IMG/VR virus record: IMGVR_UViG_3300009174_000005 | DNA from: an uncultured virus (IMG/VR IMGVR_UViG_3300009174_000005) | Taxonomy: Duplodnaviria; Heunggongvirae; Uroviricota; Caudoviricetes | DNA: 64,000 nt | Strand: one strand, 5' to 3' | Shown here: positions 26,929 through 37,134 of the stretch, piece by piece | How the letters are laid out: the number at the start of each line of letters is the position of its first letter | How positions within the stretch are numbered: the stretch's first letter is position 1 | Position numbers and translations under genes: made by a program | The notes under the pieces: generated by a model | The model's database searches: none | What the model was told of the DNA's origin: nothing | What the model saw: only the letters and a program-made list of their open reading frames with translations

Positions 26929-27406
26929 GTGAAGACGAATTCAAGCTAGAACTATCGCAAGCTATCTCTAATGTAGATTTGCGAGCTAAGGTTGTAGAAG
27001 TCGTGCAGGTGTGGAATTACTTCGGCGGTCTATCCATCGTGTTCACTGAACCAGACGAGAACGGCAACGCTACCATAATTGATTGTCAGTTTAATAGAGT
27101 AGAGAAGCAAGTGTAGAACCTATCAAATGGCCTAAATATGGCAGTGACGTGGTCTCTGGAGGGTAGATTATGAAAGTCACTATAAACATGAATGATGAAG
27201 TAGTCGTGCAATTGACTGGCACAGGATTAATCGCGCTAAATAAGCACTGTGAAGACCATAAATACTCTAGTGTTGTCTACAGAGTTAAGCCGTCAACGCC
27301 TGTTAATTTATTCAGATTTACTCTGTGGGAGCTTGCAAATATCTTTGGTGTATACAACGGTTGTGATATCCCATTCATCGATAACGTTATCACTCTGGAG
27401 GGTTAA
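26925..27406 (+). other. two small hypothetical ORFs (26925..27116, 27170..27406)
   Basis: SD elements; operon packing. Confidence 0.55.
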
Positions 27407-27411
27407 ATCAA

Positions 27412-27643
27412 ATGTCTGCCCATCGTTTCCGTCGTCCGTCTGCTACCTACTAAACCATGTAATAACCCTTTCACAGCTTCATACGTCGAACGTGTCAAAT
27501 CGTGGCACCGTGTTATCAAGCAGTATCAATTGCGATTTGGCAAGAATGCAAAAGCGCTTATGGAAGCCTGGAATTCAACCGCGCCTAATGTTACAAAAGT
27601 AGCAAAGAAGAGGGTATCCCGTAAATTGGTTACACCTTACTAA
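27412..27643 (+). pseudogene. basic hypothetical protein frameshifted by a 4-bp duplication
   Basis: GGAGG SD; CGTC-CGTC at 27433-27440; removing one copy gives a 75-aa ORF filling the gap. Confidence 0.55.
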
Positions 27644-27657
27644 GATCGCACAATAAA

Positions 27658-28342
27658 ATGTCAAAACATGAACTAGCTGCGTATCGCTACGGTAAAGCTA
27701 TTACTAAACTATTCCCGCCTAGAGCCGTGGGATTGAATACCGCGACTAGACCACTGGGGTTGAATCCGTTTGATCTATGGACCCCAGTCTACTATGCTTT
27801 TAATTATGGTTACGAAGACGCCGCCAGCGAAATGCATCTAAAAAGGATTAAATAAACATGAGCAAAGATGCATACGTGTACAGAGTTCTCTATCTCATGC
27901 ATGGTGATGAACAAGAGGTAATTGTTAGTACTCTATATGATGTAATGATGGGGTTTTGGGTTACTGAAGATCTAGAATATACTAAAGAAGCTGATGCCAA
28001 GCATTGGATTCCTTATCATGTGGTACTGTGTGTGACAAGGGAAAAGTTGTTATGATAAATCGCGAAGGTTATTTTGTGGTATACCATGCTAACAACGTAC
28101 ACACACGCACATACGCATGCACGGACAAGGCCGGACTAGCTATTCTTATTGAACATTTGACAGGACGATCTATAGATACCTACGAAACGGACAAACGCGG
28201 ATTACCTAGTGTACTTGGTATGTTAATCACGTATCCACTACATATTTACAGTGGTAACGTTGAATCGTTGTTAACCGTAGGCGAAGTAAAGGAAGCGTGT
28301 AAGATGAATATGCGTGAGTTGTATGACGAAGCGAATCAATGA
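27658..28342 (+). other. three small hypothetical ORFs (27658, 27858, about 28052)
   Basis: operon packing. Confidence 0.5.
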
Positions 28343-28385
28343 TTAGTAACAGGTTGTGAAACTAAAACAATAGGAGATTTTAACA

Positions 28386-28577
28386 TTGAATGACTCAAGC
28401 AATGTGGGTTGTACATTCGGATTAGGCTCTGTCTGTGCTGCTATTACGTCAGCTGCCCTAAATCATTCGTTCTGGTGGGGCCTGTTACATTTTTTCTGTG
28501 GCTGGTTTTACATTCTATACGCTGTGTGCCTACGATCGCATGAAATTATTCCAGCACTTAAGGCTATGTTCTCATGA
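28386..28577 (+). CDS. small membrane protein
   Basis: NHSFWWGLLHFFCGWFYILY; AGGAG SD. Confidence 0.7.
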   Translation: MNDSSNVGCTFGLGSVCAAITSAALNHSFWWGLLHFFCGWFYILYAVCLRSHEIIPALKAMFS

Positions 28578-29860
28578 AACTTATCCAAGCAACTATTCAG
28601 GATTTCAAGCGCATATCTATTTGCGAAATAACCCCAGACGGCAATCCCGTAGAGATCACAGGTGCAAACGCACAGGGCAAGTCTAGCCTACTCGAATCTA
28701 TCAAATGGGGTTTCACAGGTAAGGAATCTCCAGGCACGGATATCGTACGCAAAGGATCACCTAGTACAAAAGTACTCCTTACTACTGACACCTTGACAGT
28801 TGAGCGGGTTAAGCAATCAGGTGCTACGGGTAGTAAAGTAGTAATCAAGAATCGTACAGACAACAGCCGCTTACCCTCGCCGCAAGCTAAATTAGACTCT
28901 CTGTCGTTAGGAGGTTTAGCATTTGATCCATTAGCATTCATGAGCTTGAAACCAACCGAGCAACGGGAGACACTGCTACGTGCAATAGGTGTAGATCTCT
29001 CACCATTGACCGCTCAGAGGCTTGAAGAGTACGAAGGTAGGACTGTAGCGGGTAGGGAGTTACGTGCGGCAGAGGCTCGGCTAGCGGCATGCGTACAGGT
29101 GCCAGAGGATACGCCGGATGTAGAGGTGTCGATTGCCAGCCTAACAGAGGAATTTCAAGCAGCACACAGGCAAGCAAATGCTAATTCAGAGGTGCGCGAA
29201 AGAGAGCACAGGTTAGAAGACGCAGCACAGTCAGCATGTATTAGACTAGAAAGCATGTACGTTGAAATTAAGGCATTAGCTGATAAACTTGATTTACTGA
29301 AGCGTAATCACCAAGAAGAGAAAGATAAATACTACAAGCTTTGCTTAGAAGTTGAAAAAGCTAATGAAGAGGTTAACAAGCTTGTAGAACCTGACCTTTC
29401 CGCAATCGCCGCTCGCATCGATAACGTCGAATCTACAAATCGCAACATCCGCGCTAAACGTAATCGTGATTACCTAACACAAGAAGTATTAAAATGCAAA
29501 TCAGCAGTAGACGCACACTCTGAAATGATTGCCACTATTGACAGTCTAAAGGTCGATCTGCTACAATCAACCCCTATGCCTGTAGACGGCTTAACTATCA
29601 CCGATGACGGTATCCTATTCAACGGCGTACCTGTAACCCAGGCTAGCACAGCGGAATCAGTTAGGCTGTGTGTAGCAATTGCAGCAGCTCTAAACCCAGA
29701 ACTGTCAATAGCGTTGATTAAAAACGGTAACGATTTAGACAGTACAACATTGAAAGTGTTTTATGAAGAGTGTGCAGCTAGAGGGTTACAGCCTTTTGTT
29801 GAAAGGATTGTCGCAAGTAGGTCAGATGCTATTGAGATAGAAGAGGGGATTATAAAGTGA
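28574..29860 (+). CDS. SMC/SbcC-like ATPase
   Basis: IQDFKRI, Walker A GANAQGKS, coiled coil, QASTAE signature, degenerate Walker B. Confidence 0.85.
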   Translation: MKLIQATIQDFKRISICEITPDGNPVEITGANAQGKSSLLESIKWGFTGKESPGTDIVRKGSPSTKVLLTTDTLTVERVKQSGATGSKVVIKNRTDNSRLPSPQAKLDSLSLGGLAFDPLAFMSLKPTEQRETLLRAIGVDLSPLTAQRLEEYEGRTVAGRELRAAEARLAACVQVPEDTPDVEVSIASLTEEFQAAHRQANANSEVREREHRLEDAAQSACIRLESMYVEIKALADKLDLLKRNHQEEKDKYYKLCLEVEKANEEVNKLVEPDLSAIAARIDNVESTNRNIRAKRNRDYLTQEVLKCKSAVDAHSEMIATIDSLKVDLLQSTPMPVDGLTITDDGILFNGVPVTQASTAESVRLCVAIAAALNPELSIALIKNGNDLDSTTLKVFYEECAARGLQPFVERIVASRSDAIEIEEGIIK

Positions 29861-30135
29861 AAGGTACTAAACCAGATCTAATACTTATCGACGATTGCAC
29901 TACCCCCTCGACTAAAGAGAGATTCAATGCATTTATTGACGAAACACTGGAGTCACGAGCAGAGCGCTGCATGCAAAGTCGTCTACATGATGTTAAATTT
30001 ATAGCTAATAAAACAGTCCCACCTTTAATTATGGAGCAATCTAATTTCGCAATCAATATACCTGCTGACGTTGAATCACAACCATTCGATGCAGCATTGC
30101 AGTGGTTAAGAGAAAATGGATTAATAGAATGGTAG
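29857..30135 (+). CDS. hypothetical protein
   Basis: GTGA overlap. Confidence 0.5.
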   Translation: MKGTKPDLILIDDCTTPSTKERFNAFIDETLESRAERCMQSRLHDVKFIANKTVPPLIMEQSNFAINIPADVESQPFDAALQWLRENGLIEW

Positions 30136-30343
30136 ACAACAGAAAAAAGAGGGTTATAAAGTGACAGACGACGAACGTGAATGCCTACAGCTGTACCAAA
30201 CAACAGCCGTTGAAACTTTATGTATTGTGTTGATTATGTTAGATGGAGTGGGGTGGACTACGCCACGAACGTTTAAAGAGTACAGCCGTGCAGGTTTAAG
30301 GGTAGACGGGTCAAAGAGGCGTGGATAGAGGAGCCACTACAAA

Positions 30344-30535
30344 GTGATATATAACGGTTTAGCCAATACGCTAAGGCTAGCAAGCCTATTAGGTTTGGTG
30401 TTTGGGTTCCCGATAGGTGTAGTCGCTTTTCAGACTAACGATTATTGGCGTGCGGAAGAAGCTATAATTATTCTCCTGTCTTCGATTTGTTGCGCAGTTT
30501 TGGCTATGGCGTTTAATACGACAAAGGATTCATAA
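30344..30535 (+). CDS. two-TM membrane protein
   Basis: two hydrophobic segments; GAGGAG SD. Confidence 0.6.
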   Translation: MIYNGLANTLRLASLLGLVFGFPIGVVAFQTNDYWRAEEAIIILLSSICCAVLAMAFNTTKDS

Positions 30536-30536
30536 A

Positions 30537-30920
30537 GTGCCTCTGTACAAATACATTCGCTCGTATTGGCGTTCTACCATTCGCGGTATTAGTAATCTAA
30601 TTCGTTACTTACCATCTGTCTGGAATGATACACCGTGGGATTGGGAGGGATTTATTCCTATCTTAGAAACTAAGCTTACTGTATTAGCTGATAACGTAGA
30701 GAATGGTTATACGGCTAGTCGTGATAGAGACGTTAGGCGTATGCGTATTTGCGCTGCACTTTGTAGGCGGATTAGGGAAGATAACTATATATACCAACGT
30801 AGGTATTTCGGGGATTCGCGCGGTAGATATCTTGTTAATGATGATCCTATCTCAGCCCCTTATAGAGATTTCAAGTATCTACTTCGATTGTTAAAGCATT
30901 TTCCAGAATGGTGGGATTAG
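30537..30920 (+). CDS. conserved phage protein
   Basis: NLIRYLPSVWNDTPWDW...WWD terminus. Confidence 0.7.
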   Translation: MPLYKYIRSYWRSTIRGISNLIRYLPSVWNDTPWDWEGFIPILETKLTVLADNVENGYTASRDRDVRRMRICAALCRRIREDNYIYQRRYFGDSRGRYLVNDDPISAPYRDFKYLLRLLKHFPEWWD

Positions 30921-30924
30921 CTCT

Positions 30925-32403
30925 CTGTCTTCCTTCTCTTCTCTATCTTTATACTCTATCGACTCTGCTATCGAAGCGGATAGTCTACCTGACTTTATAC
31001 GCTCAGCGTGGCCTATCATCGAACCTTCTACACCTTTACAATGGAATTGGCATCTAGATGTACTATGCGAAGTTTTGACAGGTATATCTAACGGTACTCT
31101 ACCAGATCATTGGATTATAAACATACCGCCTGGATTTTCTAAATCGACTATTGTCAGCGTGCTATGGCCTGCGTGGGAGTGGGCTACCAAACCTTACTTA
31201 CGGTATCTATTCTTCTCCTACACAGATGCTAACACAATCCGCGATAACGTTAAAGCCCGCAGCATTATAGAATCTGCCTGGTATCAAGATTCATTCTGGT
31301 CTAAGCTTACTCCACCCGTACGTCTATCTAAAGATCAAAACGTTAAAATTAAATTTGAAAACACCAGCAAGGGGTATAGATTTGCCTCTAGCGTAGGTGG
31401 TACTGGTACTGGTGAACACCCTCATCGCATTATTACAGACGACTTGCTTAAAGCCAAAGACGCTACAAGCAAAGTATTCCGCAAAGCTGCAAATGATTTC
31501 ATAGATCAGACTCTCACCACACGCGTGCGTTTAAACCCTGCTGTCATACACGTAGGGCAACGGTTACACGAAGACGACCCTACAGGGCATCTATTAAAGC
31601 AAGGCGACGGGTACCAGCTACTACGTCTACCCATGCGGTACGAGACCGCTAGAACGCTCCCTGATGGCACACTGTACACTCCCGATCCTAGAGACCCGCG
31701 CACATATCCAGGTGAGCTTATGTGGCCTGCTGTGTATCCCGAATCAAAAGTACGTGCACTAGAGATATCTCTTAATCCATATGGTACTGCTGGTCAATTG
31801 CAACAGCGGCCGGTACCTTTGGCAGGTGGATTATTCAAACGTGAGTACTTCTCTCGATTTGTCGACGTCGCGCCTGTGCAAGCTAATAGGTGTCGCGGGT
31901 GGGATACAGCAGCGTCAGAAGCGCACGGCGATCACACCGCGTGTGTTAAACTAGCAATTACAAACGAGGGTATCATATACATAGAGCACGCTTACAGAGA
32001 TCAAATCAGCCCATTCAACGTCGATAAAGTGATGCACCAATACGCAGAGACAGACGGGCGATATTGCAGAATACGGGAAGAACGCGAACCGGGATCATCT
32101 GGAATCACGGTTGTAACACTGCGATCTAGATCATTTATAGGCTATGATTATGCATGGGTTGCAATCGACAGTGACAAGGTATCTAGGTCGAATGCATTCC
32201 GTGCACAGTGTGAAGCCGGTAATGTGGTAATAGTACGTGACTCGGCTAACTATAGATGGAACGAAGCTTACATAAACGCATTGTGTAATTTCATGGGCGA
32301 TGATGAAGACGACGACGATTACGTAGACGCATCTAGTTGTGCGTTCAACTCACTAGGACTAGAGCCTAGGGCAGGAATGTTTTGGGGGAGAGATAAGACA
32401 TGA
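30925..32403 (+). CDS. terL: terminase large subunit
   Basis: DFIRSAWPIIEP...NWH, INIPPGFSKST, IITDD, QRLHEDD, QLQQRP, RGWDTA, DDDDYVDA; start uncertain. Confidence 0.92.
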   Translation: MSSFSSLSLYSIDSAIEADSLPDFIRSAWPIIEPSTPLQWNWHLDVLCEVLTGISNGTLPDHWIINIPPGFSKSTIVSVLWPAWEWATKPYLRYLFFSYTDANTIRDNVKARSIIESAWYQDSFWSKLTPPVRLSKDQNVKIKFENTSKGYRFASSVGGTGTGEHPHRIITDDLLKAKDATSKVFRKAANDFIDQTLTTRVRLNPAVIHVGQRLHEDDPTGHLLKQGDGYQLLRLPMRYETARTLPDGTLYTPDPRDPRTYPGELMWPAVYPESKVRALEISLNPYGTAGQLQQRPVPLAGGLFKREYFSRFVDVAPVQANRCRGWDTAASEAHGDHTACVKLAITNEGIIYIEHAYRDQISPFNVDKVMHQYAETDGRYCRIREEREPGSSGITVVTLRSRSFIGYDYAWVAIDSDKVSRSNAFRAQCEAGNVVIVRDSANYRWNEAYINALCNFMGDDEDDDDYVDASSCAFNSLGLEPRAGMFWGRDKT

Positions 32404-32702
32404 AATTCTATGAATTAGTTAAAGAAAGAAAAACTCTAAACGCTATACGAGATGCTGTAGATGAAATAGAAGTAGAGCAACGTCTAGAGTTAGTATACAC
32501 CCCGGAAGAACATTTCAGATGTGCCGTTCGTACAGTGCTATCCTACGGAGTATTCCCTGGTCCATCTATAATGAATTTATTAGTGGGCTTACAGAGTACT
32601 AATAATCTAAATAGTAAAAGAACTAAATGGCGTAATGATGAATTACTAAAAGCAGGATTCACTAAAGGGCTTGGAAGATACGATCACTGGAGAAAGGGTT
32701 AA
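32400..32702 (+). CDS. hypothetical protein
   Basis: ATGA overlap. Confidence 0.55.
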   Translation: MKFYELVKERKTLNAIRDAVDEIEVEQRLELVYTPEEHFRCAVRTVLSYGVFPGPSIMNLLVGLQSTNNLNSKRTKWRNDELLKAGFTKGLGRYDHWRKG

Positions 32703-32707
32703 ACTAT

Positions 32708-32956
32708 ATGAGTGACAAATCAATCGGTCTACTACGTAATCCTGGTAAATATTCTGTACGCCGCACAGATGGCAAAGACTTACCAGGTCGTACACACGAC
32801 GGTTGTGAATATTTCGTTCTTGATTTAACACACGATAAGTACGCTAGAGAAGCTTTACGTGCTTATGTGCGAAGTTGTGCAATGGACGGGTACAACGATT
32901 TAGCGGTCGATCTGTACAACCTGTTGACAGGGCTTGACTCTACCCTTCCGCTCTGA
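32708..32956 (+). CDS. conserved small phage protein
   Basis: KYSVRRTDG...YFVLDLTHDKYAREALRAY. Confidence 0.7.
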   Translation: MSDKSIGLLRNPGKYSVRRTDGKDLPGRTHDGCEYFVLDLTHDKYAREALRAYVRSCAMDGYNDLAVDLYNLLTGLDSTLPL

Positions 32957-32962
32957 TACACT
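32934..32962 (+). promoter_or_regulatory. sigma70-type promoter with extended -10
   Basis: TTGACT-N17-TACACT with TG at the extended position. Confidence 0.6.
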
Positions 32963-32990
32963 CCCCTTTGCCTGTTCTGCCTCATTTTCA

Positions 32991-33038
32991 GCCGTCCGTC
33001 GAGCCTTCACCCCTCCGCGCTCCGGACGGTCTTTTTTT
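32991..33038 (+). terminator. intrinsic terminator
   Basis: GCCGTCCG/CGGACGGT stem then T7. Confidence 0.8.
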
Positions 33039-33275
33039 GTCTACACCGTATCACTCCATAATAGTATAAAAGTCTAAAAGGTCTAAATGCCTTAAGCTGC
33101 TTAAGTGTTGTTGAGTGGCCCTCTCTGCTGCTATCTGCGTTCCAACACATTCTCGCACGCCACACTTGACGCTTGCCCCTATCTGTGGTATACCGTATAG
33201 CGGGAGCGCAGAATCAAAAACACAAGTGCACGTAATTAAGTCAAGTTGTCAATAGCTAAATAGTACAATCCGTCA

Positions 33276-35306
33276 ATGGCGATCTTAGACGATAAAGGCA
33301 ACGTTATCATAGCGGATTCTGCAATCGTGCAGAGTTCACGTAATGCTTCATCCCTACTAACACGTCGTAGAGCATTAGCAGATAAGATTGGTCTCACATC
33401 ATTTGAAGGCCGCAGGGATCAAAACAAATCACTAGGCTATAAAGAGGTATTAACACCTAGTGATTACAGATACCGCTATACACGAGGCGGAATAGCCGGC
33501 CGTGTAGTAGACATCTTTCCTAAAGCTACTTGGGTTCAAGGTATTAGTATAAACGAAGATCCTAATCCAGACGTTGAAACAGAATTTGAGAAACAAATCA
33601 AACTCATATTCAAACGTCTAGATTTATGGGCTGAGTTACTACGCGCTGATATTTTAGCAGGTTTAGGTCGCTATTCTGTCCTTTTACTTGGCTGTCCTGG
33701 TGATTTTGATTCTCCGTTGTTTATTCCACCTGGCACCGTTCAGCCAATAGGCGAAAAACCTGTTACACGTTTAACATCTCCAGATCAAATAGCGTACGTT
33801 ACACCGCTAGGTGAAGATAAGGCTAAAATTGTAAAAGTAGTGGGCCAAACTCTAGAAGGTAAATTAGACACTACACAACAAAACAATCCACGGTTTGGTC
33901 TGCCTGAGATATATCAATGTACGATAGGTACTTCTACCAGTACAGTAGGTAATAACAACACCACAAATAACGGAACTTTAGTTGTTAACGTACATTGGAC
34001 CAGAGTCATACACTTAGCCCACAATAAATTAGACTCTAAAACATACGGTTCTCCAGACTTAGAACGTGTATGGAATCGTTTAGATGACTTAGACAAGATA
34101 CTTGGTGGCGGATCTGAAGCCGCTTGGAATCTCGCCGACCCTGGTATGATTGCTACTTTAGATCCTACTGTGCCGTTATTGCCAGGAGATGAAGAACGTT
34201 TTGAAGATCAAATTGAAGAGTTCCGCGATAAACAACGTAAGCAGTTATTATTACGCGGTGTTACAGTAGACAGGTTACAAGCAAACGTAACAGGTTTCGG
34301 CTCTAACGCTGATTGCATAACACGGCATATCGCAGCTAGCAACGGTGTACCGTATCGTATCTTATCAGGGGCAGAGGTTGGCAAACTGGCCTCTATCAAC
34401 GATGACGCTACATTTAACGACTCGGCAATAGGCAGGTGGCATAATTTTGGTGCACCGTTGACAGGTTTGGTGGTTCAAACATTTGTCGATATTGGTGTAA
34501 TTATACAACCGAGAGAGTTAGAAATAGTCTGGCCGGAAGAAGAAGAGTTATCAGAAGTCGAGAAAGCTAATGCAGTGGGTACTATTGCGGCTGCAAACGC
34601 GGCACAACATGCAAGTGGACAACCTAATATATTGACGACAAATGAAATTCGTGACAAGTACTATGAATTACCCCCTGTGCCTGATTTGCCCCCATCTACT
34701 GTTGTACCAAATGTAAACGGCGGTAGTGATCCTATGACAGACCCTGTTACAGGCTTACCACGTGCGGCAAGTAATCAACCCTTTACCACACGTGTACTTA
34801 TCATAGGCGGTCCACGTCGCGGCAAATCAACACTCGCCAAGCAATACCGCGCAGCTGGTACTCCAACCTTCTGCGGCGATCCTATAAATCTGGTTAAAGA
34901 TCCTGAATCCGACGTTACTTACTTACCTGCTAATTTGCAGTGGTCTGAATCGTCACAGTACATAGCTGACAATTGGCTCACACAACCCGGCCCATGGTGC
35001 TGTGAGGGTGTAGCAATGGCGAGAGCAGTACGTAAACTAGTTGCAAATGACAAGCAATCTCAATTAAACGGCGTTGAAATAATTGTATTAAACGGTTGCA
35101 CGGCCGAAACTACACCACAGCAGGAAGCGATGGCTAAGGGTGTACATACTGTTTGGTGTGAGATAGCAGATCTATTTCCAGACGCAAAGATTATAGGTGG
35201 TAGTATAGATAATAAACAAGTTGCGGCAGTAGCAAGCGTAAAACACACAAAAGATAAACGAAAGAATTGTTCATCTCCGCCTAGGTTTCACGTACGAGTT
35301 ATGTAG
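33276..35306 (+). CDS. portal protein (DUF1073-like) with C-terminal P-loop NTPase domain
   Basis: YRYRYTRGGIAGRVVD, VHWTRVIH, GVPYRILSGAEVGKLAS; C-terminal VLIIGGPRRGKST. Confidence 0.85.
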   Translation: MAILDDKGNVIIADSAIVQSSRNASSLLTRRRALADKIGLTSFEGRRDQNKSLGYKEVLTPSDYRYRYTRGGIAGRVVDIFPKATWVQGISINEDPNPDVETEFEKQIKLIFKRLDLWAELLRADILAGLGRYSVLLLGCPGDFDSPLFIPPGTVQPIGEKPVTRLTSPDQIAYVTPLGEDKAKIVKVVGQTLEGKLDTTQQNNPRFGLPEIYQCTIGTSTSTVGNNNTTNNGTLVVNVHWTRVIHLAHNKLDSKTYGSPDLERVWNRLDDLDKILGGGSEAAWNLADPGMIATLDPTVPLLPGDEERFEDQIEEFRDKQRKQLLLRGVTVDRLQANVTGFGSNADCITRHIAASNGVPYRILSGAEVGKLASINDDATFNDSAIGRWHNFGAPLTGLVVQTFVDIGVIIQPRELEIVWPEEEELSEVEKANAVGTIAAANAAQHASGQPNILTTNEIRDKYYELPPVPDLPPSTVVPNVNGGSDPMTDPVTGLPRAASNQPFTTRVLIIGGPRRGKSTLAKQYRAAGTPTFCGDPINLVKDPESDVTYLPANLQWSESSQYIADNWLTQPGPWCCEGVAMARAVRKLVANDKQSQLNGVEIIVLNGCTAETTPQQEAMAKGVHTVWCEIADLFPDAKIIGGSIDNKQVAAVASVKHTKDKRKNCSSPPRFHVRVM

Positions 35307-35316
35307 TGGTGATCTA

Positions 35317-37098
35317 ATGCGCGCAGCTACAAAACAGCACTACATAACTTACAAGTTAGCCTCTACAGGTGTAACTTACACTGAAGGTACGTACAACGGT
35401 ATAACCCACATAATAGTTCCTGTGGTACTTTTAATCGGTAATACAGTATTTTGGCCTACAGGTGCGGACGGTTATGAATTAGTCCCTGAATACGTTTTAC
35501 AAGCTGCACCCGATGGGTGGAATGATCGCGCTATTATACCTGTACATCCTGAAGAGTTAGTATCTGCTAACACACCAGCTTACTTAGATTCACAATGCTT
35601 TGGTAGAGTGTTTAATTCGCACTACGTAGACGGCAGATTAAAAGCAGAAGCTTGGCTCAACCCAATAGCGGCAGAGAAGATAGGCCCGCTCGCTACTGAT
35701 GTTATAACTCGATGCAAATTAGGCGAGAAAGTAGAAGTATCAGTTGGCGCACATGTCGCATTTGAGTCTAAGTATGGATCATACAATGGACAAGATTTCG
35801 TAGGTGTTTGGCGCGGGCTCGTGCCTGATCACCTTGCAATAGGTTTAGCAGGTAGTGAAGGTGCTTGTAGTGTTGCAATGGGTTGTGGCACAAATCGTAA
35901 CGCTGTTAAAGGTGTGTTAGATACATCGCTAGATACGTCAATTCGAGAGGAAAGAAATGGTGATGCCAATATGATGAAGAAAACAGACCTTAAATCGTTA
36001 CGTGCGCAACTCAGAAAGTTAATTGCGAATGCTACGTCTACTAGAGCAGCAGGCACTCCAGATAGCGAAGAGCAAGCTGAGCTAATACACTATCAGTCAA
36101 TGCTCACGTTACTAACTGCTGTAGATGGGTTTACGGCGCAAGCACGTACAGCTATAGATCAGCTGATAGCACAGGAAACTACAGATCCTACTAGCACACC
36201 CGAAGATGAGTCCGCGGAAGAGGAAATTGAGTGGGCGTTGTTAGACACTGTCAGCGCCTATTTAATGAGTGCTATTGACTCTATCTATACTGTCATGAAT
36301 TTGACTTATGCATCACTACAGGATAAACGAGCGAAAGAAGCAGCCGAAAACGCTGCAAACGGAATTGTAGATGTGCGTATAGTGGACGACGCTCGGTATT
36401 ACGCCGGTAATCGCAACAACAAAACAGATGCTAAGACGATTCAAAACGTACACGACATGACTATGCAATTAGGCGCGACATGTGATCCCGAAAACGCGAC
36501 GGTCGCGGATGAAACTAAAACCGCTGCAAGTAAGCACGCTTGTGGTTGTCATAAAGGAGACGAATCGATTATGGCCACTAAGAAGGAACTTGTTAACCGT
36601 GTAATAGGTGCTACTGCGAGCCCGTTTACTGAGACTGACAGAAGCAAGTTAGAAGTGTTTGAAGATAAGCAGCTAGAGGCTATGGCTACCGCGTATGAAG
36701 TTAAGGTAGCTGTTGCGGAGCCTGTACCTGTTACCCCTGTAACCCCTGCACCTGTTGCACAGCCTACAGAAGCCGAGCAGATTGCAGCTCTACCCCCTGC
36801 ACTTCGCGATCTAGTCTCGCGTGCAGCTGCACAGGATGCCGTTCTACGTGGACAGTTAACCACAGGTATCAAGGCAGCTACTACAGAGTATCCAGATAGT
36901 GACTTGGCTGCAATGGATATTCCCTCTCTCACTCGTCTAGCGAAGGCTCTGAAGGTAGGTCAGCCCGCTATTAATTACTCTCTGTTAGAGGCTGGCGGTA
37001 ATCCAGTAGTAGAGCCAAAAGCAGCGCGTAAGATACCTAATTCATGGGCTGATGCTGTTGCGGCAAGAGAATCTAAAGGTAGCAACGTAGCTAACTAA
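35317..37098 (+). CDS. prohead protease/scaffold (DUF2213-like)
   Basis: VHP, EVSVG, PDHLAI...GACSVAMGCG; helical scaffold C-terminus. Confidence 0.85.
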   Translation: MRAATKQHYITYKLASTGVTYTEGTYNGITHIIVPVVLLIGNTVFWPTGADGYELVPEYVLQAAPDGWNDRAIIPVHPEELVSANTPAYLDSQCFGRVFNSHYVDGRLKAEAWLNPIAAEKIGPLATDVITRCKLGEKVEVSVGAHVAFESKYGSYNGQDFVGVWRGLVPDHLAIGLAGSEGACSVAMGCGTNRNAVKGVLDTSLDTSIREERNGDANMMKKTDLKSLRAQLRKLIANATSTRAAGTPDSEEQAELIHYQSMLTLLTAVDGFTAQARTAIDQLIAQETTDPTSTPEDESAEEEIEWALLDTVSAYLMSAIDSIYTVMNLTYASLQDKRAKEAAENAANGIVDVRIVDDARYYAGNRNNKTDAKTIQNVHDMTMQLGATCDPENATVADETKTAASKHACGCHKGDESIMATKKELVNRVIGATASPFTETDRSKLEVFEDKQLEAMATAYEVKVAVAEPVPVTPVTPAPVAQPTEAEQIAALPPALRDLVSRAAAQDAVLRGQLTTGIKAATTEYPDSDLAAMDIPSLTRLAKALKVGQPAINYSLLEAGGNPVVEPKAARKIPNSWADAVAARESKGSNVAN

Positions 37099-37134
37099 TC
37101 TACAAAGTAACAAGTGTTTAAGGAGATAAAGTAA

